From: Wolbachia endosymbiont strain TRS of Brugia malayi
GTDB taxonomy: Bacteria; Pseudomonadota; Alphaproteobacteria; Rickettsiales; Anaplasmataceae
Assembly: GCF_000008385.1 (NCBI RefSeq)
Contig: NC_006833.1
Coordinates: 360,001 to 392,000, forward strand
DNA: 32,000 nt
Reading direction: 5' to 3'
A program made the position numbers and the translations under genes. Of this stretch, positions 26,859-32,000 are shown in pieces. The notes beneath the pieces were generated by a model that saw only the letters and a program-made list of their open reading frames with translations, did not search any database and was not told where the DNA came from. Numbering within the stretch: position 1 is the first letter of the stretch; each line of letters begins with the position of its first letter.

Positions 26859-27963
26859 ATGAAAACCTATCTAGAGATTCTTGAGTATTTTCAGAACTTA
26901 GATAAAAGTATTTCTGTTATCAGGAGGTGTCTTTGACGTAGAAAAACTAAAATTGCGCCTCGAAAAGTTGGAGTCTCAGACTGCGGATGGTAACCTATGG
27001 CAAGACAACCAAAAGGCACAAGAAGTTTTAAAAGAATATTCTAAAATTAAGAATGATGTAGAGTCGTTTTCAAAGCTAGAAAGTGATTATAATGATGCTA
27101 TCAGTTTAATGAAATCCGCTATTGATGAAAACGATGAAGAGTTTTTCTCTGAAGTTGAAAATGAATTAGTAAAACTGGAGAAATTAATCAAGCGTAAAGA
27201 AACAGATTTCTTATTTACTGATGAAGCGGATAATAATGATTGCTTCTTAGAAATACACTCAGGAGCTGGTGGAACAGAGAGCAATGATTGGGCTGAAATG
27301 TTAATGCGCATGTATATAAGGTGGGCAGAGATTTATCACAATTTTAAAGTTGAAGTTGTAGAAAAGTTAGAAGGAGACTCAATTGGTATAAAATCTGCAA
27401 TAATAAAAATCATTGGAGAGAAGGCATATGGATGGGCAAAAAGCGAAAGTGGCATTCACAGACTTGTTAGAATATCACCATTTGACGCAAACAGTAAACG
27501 TCATACCAGTTTTGTAAGCATAGGAGTGACTCCAGTGATAGAGGATTCAATTGATATTGCTGTGGATGAGGGAACTCTAAAGATTGACACTTACCGCGCT
27601 TCAGGGGCAGGCGGCCAGCACGTGAACAAAACTGAAAGTGCGGTGCGTGTTACACACATTCCAACAGGTGTTATAGTTCAGTGCCAAAATAACCGTTCCC
27701 AGCATCAGAATAAAAATGAGGCATTGAAATTACTTAAAGGGCGTTTATACCAAATTAAACTGGAGAAAAAAGAGCAGAAAATGGCTGAAGAGTACGGCAA
27801 AAAATGCGGCATAGGTTGGGGCAATCAAATCAGGTCATACGTTATGCATCCGTATCAAATGGTAAAGGATTTAAGGACCGGATATGAGGTGGGTAACATA
27901 AATTCCATCTTCGATGGCAATATAGACTGTTTCATAGTTAATGTGCTCACTAATAAAAATTAG
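26859..27963 (+). CDS. prfB: Peptide chain release factor 2, requiring a +1 programmed frameshift: join(26859..26933,26935..27963)
   Basis: Frame 0 reads ATG 26859...MKTYLEILEYFQNLDKSISVIRRCL then TGA (26934-26936). The +1 frame continues DVEKLKLRLEKLESQ... into the 336-aa ORF carrying SPF (RISPFDANSKRHTSF) and GGQ (SGAGGQHVNKTESAVR) motifs. Confidence 0.93.
26922..26937 (+). promoter_or_regulatory. prfB autoregulatory +1 frameshift site (internal SD plus CTT TGA C)
   Basis: AGGAGG TGT CTT TGA C. The SD-like AGGAGG is 3 nt upstream of the slippery CTT, followed by an in-frame TGA with a 3' C. This matches the E. coli prfB recoding signal (AGGGGG TAT CTT TGA C). Confidence 0.85.
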
Positions 27964-27984
27964 GAATTTCACCTAGATAATGAC

Positions 27985-28215
27985 AAAGTATTATATAGTT
28001 AGCATCTTATGTTTAATTTTTTGCACTATATGTACCTTATGTCTTCACAATATTTCTAATTTTTTACCTATATAAGTTGAAACTCGCTTATAAAGCGTTT
28101 AGGACAGTATAATATACTAATTTGCAGGATTAGAGAGTAAATACTATCACCATAATATATCTTTTGCCTTTTTTTTGCCTAGTAAATTTCTAAAACATTT
28201 ATGACTAAAGGTTAG
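27985..28215 (+). repeat. Repeat element between prfB and the ankyrin gene (contains 40-bp exact copy 2)
   Basis: 27985-28024 is identical to 16711-16750. 27985-28215 is homologous in inverted orientation to 14215-14455. Confidence 0.7.
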
Positions 28216-28429
28216 TTGCAATAAAAAACAACTAAGTCGCGATTACTAAGTATTTAAAACATAAAAAAACGCTAGTGTTTTTAAATAGATATTAACTAGG
28301 GCTTCTTTTGCTTTTTTTATTTAGTTAAAAATTTAACTAATTTTATCATGATGCTTATCTCCCATTCATTCAAGTAGCGTAACAATTCACCAACGAAAGA
28401 GTTTCAAGCTTTCCTCTCAAAAAAATGAA

Positions 28430-28459
28430 TTGACTTTTTTTGCCGTAATCTACGATAAT
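28430..28459 (+). promoter_or_regulatory. Putative sigma70-type promoter for the ankyrin gene (TTGACT-18-GATAAT)
   Basis: TTGACT at 28430-28435, an 18-nt spacer, GATAAT at 28454-28459. AAGGGG Shine-Dalgarno lies 6 nt before ATG 28487. Confidence 0.4.
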
Positions 28460-28486
28460 TAAAACATTATTTAAAAAGGGGTGACA

Positions 28487-29809
28487 ATGGAATATGAACA
28501 GTGGAAAGAAATATTAAGTGCAATCGATAAGGAAACAGATTTAAGTAAAGATAACGTAATTGCAAAAATAAAAGAGAAGTTAAAAGCACTAGATTCAAGT
28601 ACATATGAAGAGTGGAAGGAAACTAATTTTGATGTAAATCACTTATTTGCAGTAAAATATGGATTATTGCATTTAGCTGTTCACAATAATCTAAAAAATG
28701 TGGTGAATGCTTTATTTGGGGTAGAAGGAATTGATGTTAATGCAGTGGACAAAGATAAACATACTTCTTTACATTTGGCTGTTGAGAAGGGTCATATTGG
28801 TATAGTGAATAGTCTGTTAGAAGTAAAAGCAGATGTCAATGTAGAAGATGAAAATGGAAAGACTCCTTTGTACACAGCTGTTCAATTTGGTTGTAAAGGG
28901 GAAATAGAAGTTCTAATCGGAAAAATGATGATAGGAGCTCTGATAAGAGCAGGGGCAAATGTTAATGCAGAAGATAAAGATAAATGCACTCCCTTACACT
29001 TTGCTGCTCGATGTGGCCGTAAAGAGATAGTACAAACTCTAATAGAAGCAGGAGCAAATGTTAATGCAGCAAATGAAGATAAACGCACTCCTTCACATAT
29101 AGCTACTCAGTTCTGTCGTAAAGAGATAGTAAAAGTTCTAGTAGAAGCAGGAGCAGATGTTCGTGCAGCAGATAAATATGGAATAACTCCTTTACATTTT
29201 GCTGACGGTGCAGAGACAGTAAAAACTTTAATAGGAGCGGGAGCAAATGTTAATGTAGTAGATAAAGATAAACGCACTCCTTTACATTGGGTCAAGGGTG
29301 CAGAGACAGCAGAAACTCTAATAGAAGCAGGAGTAAATGTTAATACAATAGATAAAGGTAAGCGTAATCCTTTACATATGGCTGCTCGATGTAGCTGCGA
29401 AGGGGTAATTAAGACTTTAATAGGAAAAAGAGCAGATCTTTTGTCAAAGAATAATGATAGTAAAATCCCGAGCAATTTTAACAAAAGTCACTATATAATT
29501 CGGCGTGTGAAATCACTTTGGTCTGAAGAGAGGATGAAGCGACTTGACCAACAGAGTAAAGTGTCTTTTGTTGTTTTTGGTTTAACAATATTATTTGGTA
29601 CTGCTACAGCAACAACGCTTTTTGTAACTGAAACAATCGCATTCGGGCCATATCCTATAATAGGAACAGTAGTTATAGTTGCAGCGGCAGCATGGGTAGT
29701 GTCTTGTGCTGCGGATAAAATATTAGAACCTAGTACTAAAATAGATGAAATGAAAGCAGTACAAGTAGATGAAAATATGCAGAAAGCACCTCTTAACTTG
29801 AGCACATAG
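28487..29809 (+). CDS. Ankyrin-repeat protein with two C-terminal transmembrane helices
   Basis: About 8-9 ANK units (e.g. TPLHFAARCGRKEIVQTLIEAGANVNAANEDKR) are followed by VSFVVFGLTILFGTATATTLFV and IIGTVVIVAAAAWVVSCAA. The ORF track starts at GTG 28481; ATG 28487 has an SD. Confidence 0.9.
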   Translation: MEYEQWKEILSAIDKETDLSKDNVIAKIKEKLKALDSSTYEEWKETNFDVNHLFAVKYGLLHLAVHNNLKNVVNALFGVEGIDVNAVDKDKHTSLHLAVEKGHIGIVNSLLEVKADVNVEDENGKTPLYTAVQFGCKGEIEVLIGKMMIGALIRAGANVNAEDKDKCTPLHFAARCGRKEIVQTLIEAGANVNAANEDKRTPSHIATQFCRKEIVKVLVEAGADVRAADKYGITPLHFADGAETVKTLIGAGANVNVVDKDKRTPLHWVKGAETAETLIEAGVNVNTIDKGKRNPLHMAARCSCEGVIKTLIGKRADLLSKNNDSKIPSNFNKSHYIIRRVKSLWSEERMKRLDQQSKVSFVVFGLTILFGTATATTLFVTETIAFGPYPIIGTVVIVAAAAWVVSCAADKILEPSTKIDEMKAVQVDENMQKAPLNLST

Positions 29810-29879
29810 TTATAAAGCCTCACTATTACTAAAAGCTTTCTCTAGAGTTATATTTTATCTTCTTTGTGTGCCGCTGTGT

Positions 29880-30300
29880 TGCTCTATGGACAATATGCCA
29901 TCATTGCCAAAGAGCAAAATTTATGCAAGCTCACTTTCTCTCAAAGTTTCATTGCTTGCTCCTTGTTAGCTCCAGTCCATGCATTAAGACCACATTACAA
30001 GTCTATACCACCCTCTTTAACAAGACTACACTGCAAGCCAAAGCTAGAAGCAAAACCTTCTGTTTGATCAGGGAGATTTTCAGCAATGATTCCTTTATAG
30101 CAACACTTTGGTCATTTGCGGTTGGTTCGTATCACCCCTTTACTGTCCTTTATATCATGATTTACAATCCTTGCTATAACAGTCTGATCTATAGCTCGTT
30201 TATCTTTCATCTCTCAAGATATTACTTTTATATCTGATTGATCCTAATCTGCGTCATTCTATTGCCCTAATTTATCAACTTCTTTATTTACCTTAATTTT
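29880..30300 (-). pseudogene. Gene remnant of unknown identity (one frame, multiple in-frame stops)
   Basis: A single minus-strand frame reads EGQAVEKIKVNKEVDKLGQ*NDAD*DQSDIKVIS*EMKDKRAIDQTVIARIVNHDIKDSKGVIRTNRK*PKCCYKGIIAENLPDQTEGFASSFGLQCSLVKEGGIDL*CGLNAWTGANKEQAMKL*. It is protein-like but interrupted by TAG, TGA and TAA codons. The plus-strand ORFs here are Cys-rich and low-complexity. Confidence 0.3.
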
Positions 30301-30317
30301 CTCCACTGCTTGACCTT

Positions 30318-30686
30318 CTATACTCGTATTTTTTGGTCAAAGAAATCTTTATTGATGTAATAAAAAATAAGACCAGGTATTAGTGAAGTCATTAGATTTG
30401 ATATAGTATGCGGAACTAAAACCATAGCAGCAACAATATGGATGAAGATTTTTACTAAAATTTTTGCTGTTTTAGCTAGTTTAGAATCGCCATCTTTAAT
30501 ACTGATAGCATCCAAAAAAAGGTAGACACACACAATTGATGCTATTGTTACAGCAGTGGGTACGATGATTGGAATAAGCAAAAAAGTATTAATTGAATTT
30601 TTCCCAAAACTAGTTGGCTTAACACTATTATTCAGTGATGTAAGATATTGCTATTGCCAAGCAAAACTTTTCTTTAAATGCTTCAT
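30318..30686 (-). pseudogene. Small membrane protein gene interrupted by an in-frame TAG
   Basis: ATG at 30686-30684 gives MKHLKKSFAWQ, then TAG (30653-30651). The same frame continues QYLTSLNNSVKPTSFGKNSINTF and runs into the 87-aa ORF (LIPIIVPTAVTIASIVCVYLFL...VAAMVLVPHTISNLMTSLIPGLIFYY), which has 2-3 hydrophobic helices. Confidence 0.35.
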
Positions 30687-31410
30687 AGTCAGTCTTAATA
30701 TCTGTGTTTCTATTTGGTTTTGTTCCTGCTTAAGTAAGTCATTGCATTTTATAGTATAAATTTATATACCTGTGCTTAACGGTAAAACTGTTGGCAATCA
30801 TTTGCACAATCATGATGATTTCTTGTTCCTTTCGTTCCTCACATCTCACTATTAAATCTTAACTATATTAGTATCTTAGTAAAAATTATAATAGTCTGTT
30901 AACTTGCGTTTCAGACTTATGAACTATCAAACGTTAGTAGGTAATAGAACCTATGGCTTTGTTATTTTAATTATTATGTAATTCTATTGTGTCTGTTCAG
31001 TGCAAATACCTATTTCTTGCGAGTGTGTGTGCTGTAGCTGCTGCTTTGGTAGTTGGATTTGCTGCTGGTGGTATTACATATGCAATATCAAAACCTAGTG
31101 ATAAAAACTTGATGGAGTCTCATCACCAGCACCTGCTCCTGCTGCTAATAAACCCTGTAGTTAATTTAAAAAACAAGTAGGAAGAAAAAGGAAAGACAGT
31201 ATCCATGAATGGATAATTCCATTATACTTAAACATGGGAAACAAAGGGGCTAAAAACCCTTTCCACGATCTTCTATCTATTGTCTTTCACACTGCTTAGC
31301 TGAACGGATACGGAAAGAAAATCTTTTTCCTTTAAGATCTTCTTGCTTATTTCTCAACCATTTTCTCGAACTAATACCAAAACACCAACTTTCTTATTTA
31401 AGTATATGTT

Positions 31411-31438
31411 GAGGTATTCACAGTATTCTGAATACCTC
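31411..31438. other. Perfect 10-bp inverted repeat (hairpin) downstream of tatC
   Basis: GAGGTATTCA-CAGTATTC-TGAATACCTC. There is no adjacent T-run on either strand, so a terminator role is uncertain. Confidence 0.3.
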
Positions 31439-31598
31439 AGTTGATAATCCAGTAGAATACATAGTTTTATGCATTTGAGTACTTTGGAGACTTACATATA
31501 TAAAGAACAAAAATTGCATTTTCTCTTGCTAAGTAACTGTGTTTATTTTCCATAATATATATTATGTAATTTTTATAGATGCCAATGGATAGAGTTTT

Positions 31599-32000
31599 TC
31601 ATCTATTAGAATCCTTTGCTTTCTTCTCAATATATCTACACATTAGGATGGATAGCTCGTATAGAATTAACATTGGTACAGCAAGCCCTACTTGGCTTAA
31701 CACATCAGGTGGAGTTAAGATCGCAGCAATAATGAAAATTGCTACTATCGCAACTCTGCGCTTATTCGACAAACTTTGCGTAGTAAGTAATCCAACCCTA
31801 ACCATTAATGTAAGTATGACTGGAATTTGAAATGCAGTGCCAAATGCAAACATGAATTGGAGAACAAGGTCTAGATACTCGCTAACTGACGGCATAAACT
31901 CTATCGGTATGCCGAAGGATTTACCACTGTGTTCAAAGGCGATAAAAAACTTCCAGGCTAGAGGGAATATGTAGTAATAAACTACAGCAGCTCCTGTTAT
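31599..32000 (-). CDS. tatC: Sec-independent protein translocase TatC (partial; 5' end beyond the window)
   Basis: The 98-aa ORF plus its in-frame continuation to the window edge reads ITGAAVVYYYIFPLAWKFFIAFEHSGKSFGIPIEFMPSVSEYLDLVLQFMFAFGTAFQIPVILTLMVRVGLLT...ILTPPDVLSQ. This is colinear with the E. coli TatC C-terminal half (LLTPPDVFSQ). Confidence 0.9.
   Translation of the reverse strand: MTGAAVVYYYIFPLAWKFFIAFEHSGKSFGIPIEFMPSVSEYLDLVLQFMFAFGTAFQIPVILTLMVRVGLLTTQSLSNKRRVAIVAIFIIAAILTPPDVLSQVGLAVPMLILYELSILMCRYIEKKAKDSNR

Noticed and set aside
28335-28365. Weak inverted match (CATGATGCTTATCT vs reverse complement CATAAGATGCTAACTAT of the 40-mer) that would make 27985-28365 a MITE with terminal inverted repeats
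   Set aside because: Only about 11 of 16 positions agree by eye in AT-rich sequence, and I found no target-site duplication. This is too weak to call without a proper alignment.
28882-29823. Three minus-strand ORFs (68, 125, 110 aa) and regularly spaced DNA repeats that might suggest a CRISPR-like array
   Set aside because: The periodicity (about 99 and 90 bp) is the ankyrin repeat unit of a continuous sense ORF. The 'spacers' are themselves homologous, and there are no cas genes. The antisense ORFs stay open only because of the repetitive codon usage.
29864-30237. Overlapping plus-strand ORFs of 67 and 123 aa
   Set aside because: The products are Cys/Leu/Phe-rich and low-complexity, with no start context. 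The minus strand gives more protein-like, though stop-riddled, sequence. I treated this as a pseudogene remnant.
27964-31598. Possibility that the ANK-TM gene marks a WO prophage or a cif (cytoplasmic incompatibility) locus
   Set aside because: The window has no phage structural, integrase or terminase genes and no large cifA/cifB-like ORFs. Only remnants of unknown identity are present, so a prophage origin is unsupported here.

Overview
AT-rich window whose gene content and order point to a Wolbachia-type Rickettsiales (Anaplasmataceae) chromosome near dnaA. The diagnostic cluster is tRNA-Leu, ribA, virB8, virB9, virB10, virB11, virD4 and a WSP-family outer-membrane gene (wspB). Most of the rest is conserved housekeeping: a GS-like gene, dnaA, a secreted metallophosphoesterase, prmC, ccmF, recO, an LbH/gamma-CA-like protein, a PBP5-type carboxypeptidase, dcd, pstS, mgtE, prfB and partial tatC. 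prfB carries its classical +1 programmed frameshift, which the ORF track misses. Three decayed or accessory patches sit between the core genes. (i) 13.4-14.6 kb is ORF-free debris. (ii) 16.6-17.7 kb is a frameshifted ankyrin pseudogene. (iii) 20.3-24.1 kb and 28.0-31.6 kb hold a toxin-antitoxin relic, an orphan membrane-anchored protein behind a near-consensus promoter, a trkH pseudogene, an intact ankyrin-repeat protein with two C-terminal TM helices, and further gene remnants. I found no rRNA, CRISPR array, intact IS element, prophage structural genes or cif-like genes. I do not see a convincing new multi-gene system. The least explained items are a repeat family, including an exact 40-bp duplicate, that marks the 5' flank of both ankyrin loci; the orphan 342-aa membrane protein; and the ANK-TM protein with two shortened repeat units. 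All functional calls come from motif recognition by eye and remembered synteny. No searches were run.
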